Shown in pieces: positions 1-13,800 of a stretch of DNA of 64,000 bases. The stretch spans positions 124,001 through 188,000 of the forward strand of contig JASANG010003711.1 in assembly GCA_030248215.1 (NCBI GenBank), read 5' to 3'. The translations under genes and the position numbers were made by a program. The first letter of the stretch is position 1. Each line of letters begins with the position of its first letter. The notes under the pieces were generated by a model, which was not told the DNA's origin, did no database searches, and saw nothing but the letters and a program-made list of their open reading frames with translations. The DNA is from Enoplolaimus lenunculus (taxonomy: Eukaryota).

Positions 1-718
1 TCAACACTAGAGTTAACCTTTGACTTTACGATTTCTAGGCGGAAAAGAGTCTCACCTGAGATTTAATTACGGGTGTGGCATCTTTTCAAATTATATAACT
101 TAAAATTTGTTGTCGAATATACGTAAATTCACTTTTTTCTTTAGTATGAAACACACTGAAGCATTTGTGGCTTCAGTGTGCATCCTACGAAATTTTTTCG
201 ATTTATGAGTGCAGCACACCGAAGCCAAAAAAGCATCAGTGGGCTGCGTACTGAAGCCAAGAACCGTCAGTGTGCAGCATACTGAATCTTTTTGGCTTCA
301 GTGTGCGGAAAACAGACGCCAAATAGCTTTTGTGTTCGTCACACTGCCTCCTCAAAAGTCAACTAGCGTACGCATTTATTGTGAAAGTTGCATAGGTCCA
401 TCTTCAAGTAAGTGAAGAGTGCGTCCGGCTTTTGCATTTTATACGTTACACAAGTCCGAGTCCGCGTATTTGTTTTGAAATGTTGCAACTCTAGCAATAC
501 AGCGCAACAGCGAAACTAAAAATACAGCTGCTCGAGCAATAACCAAAAAACTTCCATGCAACATAAGGATCTACAGTGATTTTGGCAAAAAACGATAAAC
601 CTAAAACCCGTAAGCTCAAACAAAAACACCACAAAATAAACTGAATGAACATCGCTGACCAGCTTGTTGCCAGCAAAATCTCACCGCATTATCCAGAATT
701 AACCGAACACGTGATATA

Positions 719-974
719 TGTCGTAGGCCAATCTGCTATTGACGCCAATTACCAATTGGCCTAGGCCAAATAGCAATTGTAAGATGTAGCAAAACAACAG
801 TGATTAAAACCCAAGCTAATTGGTTTAACGTTACTGCGCTTGTTCAAATAATAAAATCTGATTGGTCTATAAGCTTAATAGCAGTTTAGTTTAGGCCAAA
901 CTGCTATTACGCAAAATAGCAGCTTGGCCTATGCAAATTAGTAATCGGCCTGGATAGCAGATTGGCTTACGACA
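719..974. mobile_element. MITE with ~21-bp TIR TGTCGTAGGCCAATCTGCTAT, TA-flanked; related fragments near 21765, 23358 and 59500-59617
   Basis: Left end tgtcgtaggccaatctgctat and right end atagcagattggcttacgaca; tata on both sides. Confidence 0.75.
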
Positions 975-1251
975 TATACATAGGAACGAACTTATTTCAT
1001 CCCAGGCAATAACAGAGCGTAAAACGTCCTTTAAGCAACGCAACTGGCGCTAGGAACCCCAACCCATGGCACCAGCTGACTGTGAAAAAACCAGGAAACG
1101 ATAGGATAAAAAACCGCTCAAACAATTAAAACGGAGCACACGACACCATCTCGCTCCTCGAGCCATATACACAGCAGGATTTGACAGCTAAAACCGCAGT
1201 CAAAGAACAAAAACCGAGCAAAGGATCCACCGACTCAGGACACTCGCTCAC

Positions 1252-1899
1252 CCAGCAAATCATCGTCGCACTCCGCGTGTCTATTATCTACTTCTTTGTC
1301 ATCCCAAACGTCATCTTCCGGCGTCTCTACATTCGTCATTTGTAACCCACGGTCACTGTTGATATCATCATCATCATCATCATCATAACAAACGTCGCCA
1401 GTGTCATTCTTTTGGCACTCATCCCAATTATCTTCAATCAATGACGAACTTCCACTACTCAACGTACTTTGGCCATGATCTAATCCTGCCTGCTGAAGCT
1501 TATCATGAGGCGTTGTAAACGACAACCGATCACCGCCAGCAGTCTGTTGTTCAGCTTCAACTGCGTCTAAAATATTGTCAATTTCTCGTGTTCGAACCAA
1601 AGGATTGCTAGCGCGCTGTTGTGTATCGACGATACTTTTAGAAAACTTTTCGGATGCACCTGTCCCAGTTGCAGTTGAACAGCGTTTTAGTACGGATTTT
1701 GTTTGTTTTCCAGGTTCGACTTGTAAAGTATCGTGGCCGACCGCTATATTTTGTCGTTCGTCAGTACACAAATGTGGAGCAACATCAGTTGCGGACGGTC
1801 CGGCAGGTGACAAACAGGATGGGATTTTGCTGGATTCGGATACAATTGAGCACGATTGGTCATCAAAGTGGCGTAGCGCGTACGTCTCGGGCTGGCCAT
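1252..1899 (-). CDS. unc-44: Large acidic tail exon, 216 codons (DGQPETYA...DDDLL)
   Basis: tttttgtcgtag| ... G|gtgagc, 648 nt, phase 1-1. Confidence 0.75.
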
Positions 1900-4800
1900 C
1901 TACGACAAAAACAAACAAACTAAGCATAGTAACGGTGAAAAATTCGGAAAAAAGAAACAACAAACACTACGGCAATATAAATATTGTCCAGGAAATTAAC
2001 AGATGCACGAAATATAAAAAGGGGCTAGAACATGCCAACAGTAGTGCTTCAATCAGACTAATACAAAAAGGTTTCGAAATTAAACACTTTTAATGCTACT
2101 ATTATAAGATAAAACAATCACCGCGACAAAACATAAGTGCGTTCATTAAGGGCCCATATTCTAAAATGCATGTAGCACCTATCACCAGTTAGTAATAGGT
2201 TTTTAATCTAACGCACCGCTGCAATTACAGATTTCAACGTTGGCACAGTAGCAGAGAAAAATTGAAAGCAATAAATGTGCTGAATTTCAAATCTCACTAT
2301 TCCGTGGTTCGAAAATTGCAAGACCTATCATCAACTGGTAATAGGTGCTACACACATTTGAGAATACGGGCTCTGGTTTCAATTTAATGTGTTGTTACTA
2401 CGTATGCATTCTTGACAGATGCTAATCTCGCGGCACACTGTAACTATAGATAGTAACTATTATATACGTACCTGTTGTTAGTTAATATACATACGTTTTC
2501 AAAACAGCTATTCACGCTAAAGCGGATTGAAAATTCAGAAAGAGATGTCTGGTTTTCACAATTTAACATTAACTGCACCACATGAACCAGACCAACACAA
2601 ACGTCACAGCTACAAAACCTAAAAGTGCACACATATCCGCTCCAGGGTTTGCCCAAACTCGACCGATATTTGTTTTCAACACAAACTTTACATAACATTT
2701 TACGAACTAAAAAATTCTAACTTTTGTGCGACCATTTTTTTGATTTTGTTAGTTTGAAACAAGTTGTTCACAAATTACGGTGACAGGCAGGCACAAAGGT
2801 TGCACACCACCATTCAAATTACAATTTGACTTGAAAATACACAGAGCCGAGGCTGGAATACTACGTTTTATGTACGTGCGTCGTGCTATGAGCGCTGTTT
2901 ATTGCGACGAGTGGCATCGGTCGGCAATATAGCAGCAACCCATGAAAAATAAGTGTGGGCTCAGCCAGGGATTGACCGCAACCAAAATCCTACGGGATGT
3001 TTGCGGTTGCGGTAGTGAACAACATACAACTGCTTTTTACATATCAGAATAGTAGACATTTTGCTGCGGCTGCATTTTCCGACAAGTCAAGGAGCTCAGC
3101 TTTTAGACAATGAAAACTCCGAGGTAAACGTTTATCTTTAGTAGGCAAACACATTTGCACGGCTTAAATGCTACCAACAGCGCGCACATTTAGATGCTAC
3201 ATCCGGTTAACAGCCGGTTCCGGCAAGAAATTTACTATACGGCTACCCTGACTTTAGGCTACCGCTGTGAAAACATTTTGGTCACGTTTAATTTATGCAC
3301 CCACGCAATGTAAGCTGAAATTTTAAGCATGTTCAAACATCTGCTGTCTACGGCTGTGCTTAACTGTCATAAACACGTGAAATTTTAACTCAAAAATTAC
3401 ACCAGCCACGTGCTTGATACACTGAGATTCATAGAAAAATGCATAACAACTTGCAAACGAATCAACGATAGCTCGTCGCTCGACAGCTTGATGGTCATTC
3501 CCACATCTCGTTGTTGGCGTTGTTAGCGTGTGAACTGGCCAACAAACTGTCGGGTCAACGAGTTGCCGTACCTACTGATGAATGATGCGTTGTCGGGTTC
3601 AGCTAATCGTTATACTGCCATGTGGAATTAATTTGTAAATAAAAAAATAGTTTGGTTTGTAATAACAATTAAAACAAAAAGTGAACATAACTTAATCAAC
3701 AAAAAGTTCCATGTAATTGTCGCAGAACACTAAGCAATAGTGTTACATAACAATATGATGGGCATGTACCATTCATTATTAGTTAGTCAGAATAAATATT
3801 GAGCATGAGAAAGCTTGTCTAACAACTAGAATCATATTAGACAAATAGCGTTTTAGAAAAGCAAAGCATTTAAACGTGTTTTTTTCGAAAATCGATATGG
3901 TTAAGTTAAATATCAACAGAGCAACAAACCAAAACGGTAATACGAATGCGGTGAGTGCAACTAAATTACACACGCCTAATGCACTTGTATTTGAATTGAA
4001 TAGCACCAGTGTATATATGTTTCAATAACATACGCACAGACTTTCTGAACGCCACTGTAAAATCTGGTTACATCGGCCGAAAACGTTATGATAGAGAAAA
4101 TATGTTTTGACGTTGGCAACCAAAACCTATCTTCTCAAACGCTGAAAAATATTTTGATTCGCGGAAAATAATTTTGAACACTGTCTAGAGTTGCTGAATC
4201 TATACGCAATGTACCCAGGGTGCAACCGGAATTCCGGTTCCGGTTCCGGCATTTTTTCACCTTCCGGTTCCGCTCCCATTTTCCCAAAATCCGTCGGCCA
4301 ATCTCTAACCCCCAAGCCGGGCTTCCCCTTCGTGGGAAAAAAACAAAAAAAAAAACACCTCCTTCACAAAAAAAAAAAAACAAAAAATCCTCTCCTCCTC
4401 CATCCCTCCGTCCTCCAAACTACTCTTATTGCAACTACAACACTAGAACAGGAGGAAAGCATCGTAAACCTTATATGATGCTAAACGAATCTGTTAATTG
4501 ATCGATCCATTTTTATTTCGCCAGAATACATACAGACTCCCCAGTAGGTATATTTTAATGATTGCAAACACCGCCCGCCAAACACAAAACAAATTCAATC
4601 TTGCCAAAATATTATTACAATATACAGACAACCTATTCTACCACAAATTCTAAGTTCTAAACAATCCCCCCACACCCCCCCCCCGCAAACAATCAAAAAC
4701 CTCCCAAATAACAACAAGACCCCCTCACCCCAAAACCCCCAAAAAACCCCCCCCCCCCCCCACAAACCTTAATTTTTAAGGCCATAACACGACAAGCACA

Positions 4801-7800
4801 AGAAACCAACCCTTCGAAACTTTCACAACGCAAGCCGCTTACCAAACTCGCGGCTCCGCCCATGTCTCCCAGTATATATATATATATATACATATAGCAC
4901 AAGCACAACAACAAAAGCAACTCTCAAGCCACTTCCCCACTGCCCGGTGCCAACGCTTCATTCACCTTTGACCGATGGAGATGCATGTCGCGGCATTGGT
5001 GCTGGTGGCATCGCGGTCGCGTCGAACGATCCCGATTGATGAATAACTGTATCGCCAGATACTTCTGAGCTTCCAGTCACTGAACTTTCAAACGACTCAC
5101 GCAATTCAGATGACGCTGGTGTTAACTTTGTTGTCACTGTTGTTGCGGCTGCTGTCCCTCCTGGCACTCCTGTTGTCTCTCCATAGCCCAGTGAATGTTG
5201 TTCGTCAGTCGCCGCTATAGAAGACGAGGGTGGGTCGGTTGACGGTTCACGCAACTGAACCAATGCTGCTTCCGGTGTCGCCTGGTAGACTGCAGATCGA
5301 TCGACATGCTCCAACTCTGTTGTTGTCACTTCGTGTTCGGGATGAGCGTGGCGATCATCGTCGTCGCCATGTTGGCTTGCTTCGCTCGTTTCCAAACTTC
5401 TTCGAACCGCAGGGACAGGGGCAACAGGAGGTGTTGTGCGATCAGAACTCTCCGTTGTTTCAAGTCTACCAATTTCCGCATGTTCAGCCCCCACTTGGTG
5501 GTGTAGTTCGCCAAACCGATGGGCAGACGCATCCAATTCGTGTTGAATCGTGGTGACTTCATCCAGTTCGTCGTCAGCGTGCTCATGATGGGTCGTTTCA
5601 TATCGATGAGTAGTTTTCGTTGTCGTTGTATGCGTTGCGCTTGAGTCATCGCCTGGATGAATTTCGTAGCTTTCATGATGCTCGTAATATTCTTCACGTC
5701 TGGCATCGTCGCTAGGAGATTCTGCTTGATACCTACCTGGCTCGTCGGGGGGCGCAGTTGGTTCAGAACGTTGCTTGTCAATATCTGTCATTGCTACATG
5801 TCCCGCATCATACAATCTTTTATCGTCCGGCTGCGTTTCAGTGCGATAAGTTTTTACGGTTGTTGTTGTTGTTGTCGTTGTGGATAATTGTTCTAAAGAC
5901 AATAAAGAATACACCAGCGAAAATATATATTACGCAACAGGAGATGCTACGGAGGACACACTAAACAAATGCCACCCCCCATCCAACCACTTTAGAACGC
6001 AGAGAAGGATAAGCATTAGAAGGAAGGGGAAATGATTTTGGCGAAATAAAGCCCATACAGTAATAATTGAAGCGCAAGCGAATATTAGTTTAATTATGGT
6101 TCCGTCAATGACATGTTACAATGGATAAGAAACAAACCAATACAATGCTAATATTTAAAAAAAGAAAAAGTTTTACATACTATTAATTGAGCTGAAGCTA
6201 ACTACCAATATATACCGCAGTATATCTAAAGCATACCATTGACACTGGTGTTCGAGAAAGAACGCGAGGTACGTACTACACAACATTGCACCTGCAGATT
6301 TGCGTACGTAAAAACTTCAATATCGAGATATTAATTTTTAAATGACGTAGCCGTTCCTTTAGACCCAAAACATAGTGTACACTTTATCTCAATAAACCTA
6401 TAAATGCAGTATTACGTACGTTGTACAACGAACAGCAGAGACAACCGATCAACATGTATATTAAACAGCGAGTTTAACACAGACCGCGACCGCTGACAGA
6501 CGCAAATGCTAAATTATCAGCCATGGCCTATATTCTCAAATGTCCGTATCACCTATCATCGCCAGTTTGGGATAGGCCTCGTATTTAAAAGATTGTAACT
6601 CGTAAATGGTGAAGCCGGAAACAGCGAATGGTTCGCATCTGATTTGCCTTACTTCTGTGCCAATTTTGAGATTCGTAATTGCGGAGGGTCCTTAATTTCA
6701 AAACCTAATCGCCAACTGGTGATGGGCGCTGTACGCATTTGAGAACAAGGGCCAAATCGCAACTAGCGCCCCCCCAAGTGAAAAAGCTATATACGTAATT
6801 AATGAAGGTGCTATCAAATAAGTATGTATGTGCAAAAATATATTTTTAGATATATACGTATTACATTTGAACCGCTTACCTGGCGCTATATCGAGTTTAT
6901 TGGTTTATCAGCATACCAGGTTCTTCTGAATTTTTTCTCATATTTAAAGAAGCTTCTTCCACTTAGACTTAGGTAAGCCTTTTCCTAAACTTAAGCGTAA
7001 ATGTGGGGGGAGCATACAAAAGCCGCATACCCCATTCGAAGCTGAAGAAATCAAGCACCAAATGTGGAAGTACGAATGTTTTAGAACAAACTGCTATTTT
7101 AGTACGAAATCAGATTGGCCTACGCAAATTAGTAGCCAGGGATGGGAGTATCGGTCTTGGTCTCGGTATTTGGCCCGTCTTGTTCTCGGTCTCGGTCTTT
7201 CAGCAAATAGCGGTAAACCGAAAAAGACAAATTCAACAAAAAAAATCCTCACTATAATTCCCAAAAAAACACAAAAACGAAAAAAACAAAACCACAAACA
7301 CAAAAAAAAAATTTTTAAATAAATCTCTGATGACCAAAAATTACCATGTCTGTTATTAGCTATAAAATTCACATATGATTCATATTCTGTACAACCGAAA
7401 TTAATTAAAAACGTTATGACTTGCGGAAACTTAATTATTATAAATACCGGCAATAATAATGCAAATTATACTGGACTCAATCGCTATATGCGTACGGGAC
7501 CAGGCTCACATGCAATTAAGTAGTAGTTTTTTTATTCAAACAACTGATATTTTCGTTCTGTCACAATGTATGTAGAGCAGCGTATATCTGGCAGTAGGAT
7601 ATCGACCTTCGGCTCCAGCAGATTTTTTGATTTTTCGTATTTTTCAATGAATTGTGCCATTCAATGAGTTTGTTAGTAATTTTTGAGCAATTTTGAAACC
7701 TTTAATTGCCGAAATTTTTTAAAATGAATGGGTTAATTAAAATTACACCATAATTAGCAACACATTTAGTACCTAAATTTGTTTCACCGTTCCTTGGAGT

Positions 7801-10800
7801 TTCTCAAAAACATTGATAAGCTTTTATCTAAAGTTTTCAAAAAAGTGATATGTAAAAATTTCAATTTCTTGCTATTAAATTACAACACAAGCATCCAACT
7901 GCAATATAGCAAATACACTGCTTACTCAGACACTACAATACCGCCAGTTCTTATACCATACGTACGTAATATAATAGCATGATACAGCAAGCTTACTGTG
8001 TAAATCTATATCGCACAAGACACCAAGCATTTTTGTATGGATTTAATGAACACACATATTACCATCAGCCAATTTAAGACTAACCTCAGAACAACGAAGT
8101 GCGACTATCTTTATTATGGTATTAGTTAAGAATTAAAGCTCGAAATTAGTACAGATTTATTTCAGAGATAATCAGGCCGATTGTTTGTTGTATATAAAAT
8201 GTCTGCACCAAAATCCAAGTGAATTCAAGCCATGCGTCAAGATCAGACTTGACACAAAAATCTAGACCACAGAAGCAATTTTTATGGAACCTAAAGTTAC
8301 ATCTTAAACATATACGGATGAATACTTACGTGAACGAACTGAGATTTCAACTCCAAGATACGTTCATAATCAACCCACTCAAGTGCAAAACAATTCAAAT
8401 CCGTTGAACCACTTCCGGAAACTTGCGTTGAAAAAAAGCCCATTCAAATCTATATATTAATGCTGGAATGCCCCATATACGTATTTTTGGCAAGTTTCCA
8501 GCATACTTTATTTACAGTAGTTTTATACACAAATGGTATTGTTCGATTAGAAAATTTGCACACAGATTTTTTATATTATTTTGCATTTTCTTACTTCAAC
8601 CGTAAAATGTGCAACACACAAAGCAAGCCGCAGCACTTTACTAGCGGTGTACGTATACCATTTGTTTTACTTTCTTATTACTTACTATACTAGCAAAATA
8701 TTTTGTCGAAACGATCTTTAACAAACCACGAAAAACGCGAATAACCAATTTTAAATTGTGCAGGTCAATGCTAGCTATACCATAAGCGACCGGATCACCC
8801 AATTTATGATTTAAAGGCCCAAACTTCATCAGACCTCACGCAACGGCTATTTATGCTGGCGCAAGACTTGTCGTGGGTCGGACGGCGCGCCACAAGTCAC
8901 CTAAAACCTTAGGCTGCAAATTGTTACCGCAGCGCCATGCCATGCGGTAGTTCACGTGGGGTAGACGGCATTAAATCAGTCAAACTGCAGGGATGGGAGC
9001 CTCAATCGAAAGACTGAGACTGAAACTGAGATTTGAGATTATGTGATTGAGACTGAAAATTGATATATATGTTTTACGAGTCAAAAAATTTCAACCGCCA
9101 CCAAAAAATTTCTAGCCAATACTTGAAAGCTTCGAATTTTTAATGTCCGTGGTTTTCATTGGGCAAACATGGCTGCTCTGAAGGTATGAGCCCCAGTGAG
9201 AACTGTTGTTGATCGCTCAATGATGGCTTCAAAAAATTTAATGTGGGAACACTTCGTACGCTGTGCGCAAAACGCAAGGTTCTCTAGGTCTGACGCGGAA
9301 TCACTAGCCGAAAGGCTGCAATGCACAACACTGAGTTTGAGTTTTCGTAGAACAACCACCAGACGGAGGGTCTTGAGCCGCAACCACTCCCCTGCCTACG
9401 AGTTTGAAGCTGACCCTGTTTACTTGCATGAATTATTAACGAACAGGGCATCAGGGCAATCAAATTACTACTCAGAAAATCAAAAAACAAAAATATGACC
9501 GATCCTTAGCTTATAAACTGAGACTAAGAAGACTGAGACTGAAATTGCCTGAGTCTCGGGAATTTCGAGGCTTGAGACTTCAATCCCTGAAAAGTATAGC
9601 GTCGCCGTTACTCTATACTTGAATCCAAAAAAGCCAGAGTGCTGAGCAAGCAGGCCCTGCAGAGTAGGTAGGGTAGTGCTCGCAGTGCTCACACCATCAA
9701 TAGCTACCTGCATTGTTTCCATAATAGCCAGCTCTCGTACAACCGACGGACACCGAATCATCAATTTCCAACTGCTGCAACTTGCTGCCACGATCAGACT
9801 TCTCGTCAAAAGCAAATGCTCGTACTTCTGAACGAACAATCAACACTTCAGATACGTCTGGCGATATTACTTTCGGCGTTTCGATGCGACATTTGTCCCT
9901 CAATAGGCGTTCAACCACAGCTGCATCGTAGTTGTTACGCCCAGTGCTTCCCGCACGAGAATCCAATCCATAAGTTGCGCTTGTACCTCCGGTGGATAGG
10001 ATAGATTTGCCTTGTACCACAGATTCGCTCTGATCTATTTTATCGACAATTTTTGTCAATTCCGATTTCGGAAAAAGCTCCGCATTTTTCTTTAATTTTC
10101 CCGATTCTATCGTTCCAGTTTCGTTGTCCTCAATGTCGCACAATATCGATTTACTGCCATGTTCAAACTTACTCCCCATGTAACTACAAACACCCCTTGG
10201 TTTTTCTCCTAATCGCAAACTCAGTCCTCCGGTCTGCGTTATCCCGCTATCCACAGAAACATGGTCTACTTTAGACGGCTCCTTTGTTGCTGTTATACTG
10301 TCAACATTCAACTGTTCAACCCCAGGTCTATTTTTAGTATACTTGTCCCAATCGCAAAACGACACTTGTTTTTTTGCCAAATAACTTTGTTCCGGTTGTT
10401 TCTCGCCAGACTGTTCGCTGCTAGCTTTATCTACATCCGGTACGGCGGGCGGCGAAAAATGCATTCGACGACATTCGGCAATCATTTCCGGTTCCGTTGA
10501 CGGTGAAATTACTTGCGTTGTAATTGTTGCGTATGTCGGTACTGCGCGGGTAAAATGTGCAAATTCAGCGACTACACCAGATTGCTCCGTTAAAAGCTGC
10601 TGTTCGTCCGGCTGACCCGTCAATTTTGAACCTGTATGCGTAGATTTCCGTTTCGATAACGCAATTCCTAGTTGCAAAATTACCAATTACATATACATTT
10701 AATGTACATAACTACTTATACACATACATACATAATTTAGAAACACAAGTTTAGTAGTGGTGTAGAAAGTTTTGTATTTATCTTCAAAAAACAAACTTAG

Positions 10801-13800
10801 AGAACACTAAAATTTAGCAAAACACTACACAAAGATTGTATATACATCAGGCGCTACGAACAGCCAAACTTCTCAAAACCGTCAATATTATGTCTGAGGT
10901 TTACTTATCGCAACCCATTAAAACCTAAAAACTTCCCAAAAAGTACTAAAAACTCAATATAAAAAAGCCACCAGTACCCGAAATCTCGCAGCTACGCGAC
11001 AATCAGCAGCATTAAATAGAGATACTGATGCATGACCACACACACACAAAAATTCCAGTATAAAATAATGCTTTTTTACATATGTGGAAAAACGGCTTGT
11101 AATCAGAACACTGTACCGCGAAACCGTTGTGCTCCTCAAGAAAACTATAAACTGACCCAACATATATCACACACACAAAACCCCCGCGTACTGAACATTT
11201 GACGAAAATAAATAAACCCAGGCGCCCGCAACACGTTGCTGTTTGTGCCAATCCCACCATAAGCGGCTATATTTTAGTCACTATCCAGATTTCCATCGAT
11301 CACCACCAGCAAACAAAACGCAAAATAAACACATTATACAACATTAGTAACTATCGCCATAAATCAAAACGCTACACCGTACAATATTTTAAACCCTGGC
11401 GGCATATGTTAGAATCAAGCGACAAAAACAAAACACAGTTAGCAGACCGATTAGTCTTCAATACGCGTCATCAACTTATTCCGAAAATTTAACCGTAGAT
11501 TTGAAAAATCCCAAATCTGACATTTTCGCAAATCTGACATTTTCGCAAATGTGACATTTTTAACTGATGTCAAAACAGTAACGGATACGTGTTTACTGCC
11601 CTTACCAAAACGCCACATTTATGACTGAAATACGTAATAAAACAGGCTTCGGCTTTACGATGACGCTTTGGCTAAGCTTAAGCTTAGGAAAATAAAAAGC
11701 CGTGAACGGGGAGAATTTTTTGCCGTCTATTAATAATGACAGCGCAGTGTAGAAAAGTAAACAAGCACACAGAAAGACTTCAAATTGTTTTTTACGAAAT
11801 ATAACGCAAAAAGTTATATTATAAACATATTACAGCCAGAGTGCGACCGGATATTAATTTATCTGATACCGGAACCGGACACAGATAGTGAATCTTCTGC
11901 CAGAACAGGAACCAGAAATTAACCGGATATATCATGTAAACTTGCACGCTGTTAAAAGTATTTGAGTCGTACAAAAAATTTGCTTACTGAATTAGAATGA
12001 ATTGCATGCTTGAACTTTTCATTTTCACTTTAGCGCATCAAAATTTGGATTGACTTTTTGGCATTGCTCAGAAATGCAATTGCAGCAAGATGTCAAATGT
12101 AAAAAGCAGTTTTATGAAGTTCAAGGCCGCCATCGTAAGTATCCGGTATCCGGTAGGTTTACACCGGACACGCATATCGTTTCTTACCGGATATTAAACC
12201 GGATCCGGATATCCGGCCGCGCCCTGATTACAGCATATTAATCAACCGGACCTTGCTATATACAACTTTCTTACGGGTTTCGCCGGTTCGATTATGACGA
12301 CCTTTCTAAATGCTATCTTGTAACAAAATATACATTTATAAAATTCACCAAAATGTTTGAGTGATTAAGCAAAATTTCTGTCCATTTTCTAATTTCAGTT
12401 AAACAGCAGGATACGTAATCAAACTAAAAACACCAGATATTGTTGACAAATTTTGTTCATTGTACGAGACTCAAGGCAATATGGCACACAGGGTTACAAC
12501 CTAAAATATGACTGAAAATTACGAAATGCTGAATTATAACAAAATGCGTACATATTAACCCATTAGAACCAGTCAGCCTACATAACATTGAGAACATAGT
12601 AGCAATATACGTAACGTTGCTGGTTGGTTATTTAATAAATATGGATTAGATTATAATCAAAGGGTAAAAAATGTTCAAACCACCGCGGCTACCATTAAAA
12701 TATCATTTTGCTGGCTGTATGGTACAGATAAAAGATAATCATAAAAATGAAATCAAAGATGATATCTAGATTAACGCCAGCCGGCAAGAACCAATGTACC
12801 CATTTAAATGGTTGCACTATCCAGCTGAACCATACCTGTAGCGGTTGCGCTAAACTTGACATGCGGCGCCATCCGTCAACGTCCGTCACTAGTACGGCGC
12901 CGTCCATCACCATGCGTCACCCGTACGGCGCCGTCATTCGTCACCCGCACGGTATTGTACGTGAGTTATTTGCGTACGATACCGCACGGTGACGGACGGC
13001 GCCGAACGTCAACAAAAGTATAGCGCAAACCTTATGCTCATAAACATTTTAGCTTCGGTAAACTGTAATTTAAATATGCAGTTACGAACCAACAACTATG
13101 TACTTACTGCACATACAACTTCTACTTCATATATACATACTGTACATTGAGTATTGCACATAAATACGTAGATATACATTACATGCCTAAAATACAAAGG
13201 GCTCATGACAAACAGCAAAGCATTCAAATCTTTACCTGTGTCACGACCCCGTTCTTCAGACGGCGGTAACTAAAAAACAAAAATGATACCAAAATAAGAT
13301 TAGAATTTTGTAATGAAACAACACAAAGCATGTCACGAATTAACATTAAAATAAAAAACCAAACTACGAAAATCTAGAACCAGACTATACCATAAACCGA
13401 ATTTATTATCGGTCTTGGGCAGTATTACGTACTTGTTGACGTGGATAATGTAAACACTTTTATAGACCAAAATTTGGTATTGTTTAGAGTAGTTGATTAT
13501 CAACAACTTAAAGACAAAAAATTAAAATGACCCATTTTAATAACTGATTGTAGCCGAGGTCCAAGGATATCGGAAAAGTGGTTTATGCTCTATTATAAAA
13601 ATTGTACTCACAATCCTCCTGGCTCAACATTCACAGTTTCCAGCCATAAAGCATAAAAATAAATCAGCGTTAAAACACCGTGCAATCTTACTTCATGATC
13701 TTTCTCGTGAGGATGGTATGCCATTCGGTCTTCACCTTCTGAAACAAAACCAACGTGTGCCGCTTAGCATCAATCTACTCCATCAGTTCAGACCCGAGCC

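Noticed and set aside
1575..2093. 172-aa plus-strand ORF, and similar ones at 5230-5964, 9816-10500, 34200-35524 and 43548-44053
   Set aside because: Antisense shadows of minus-strand ankyrin exons with no independent gene signals.
4127..4501. ORFs with PEPEPE or SGSGSG motifs (also 45021-45582 and 47075-47317)
   Set aside because: These are translations of the CCGGAA subterminal repeats of MITEs.
6880..6984. Possible tail exon (donor gtaagc at 6879) or a 9-nt microexon at 6917-6925
   Set aside because: The longer candidate has stops in all three frames. The 9-nt option (EEP, phase 1-1) has a purine-rich acceptor region, so it is too weak to call.
8330..8445. Short ATG-initiated frame ending at a gtaagt donor
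   Set aside because: The donor is phase 0 while the downstream exons start in phase 1, and there is no homology.
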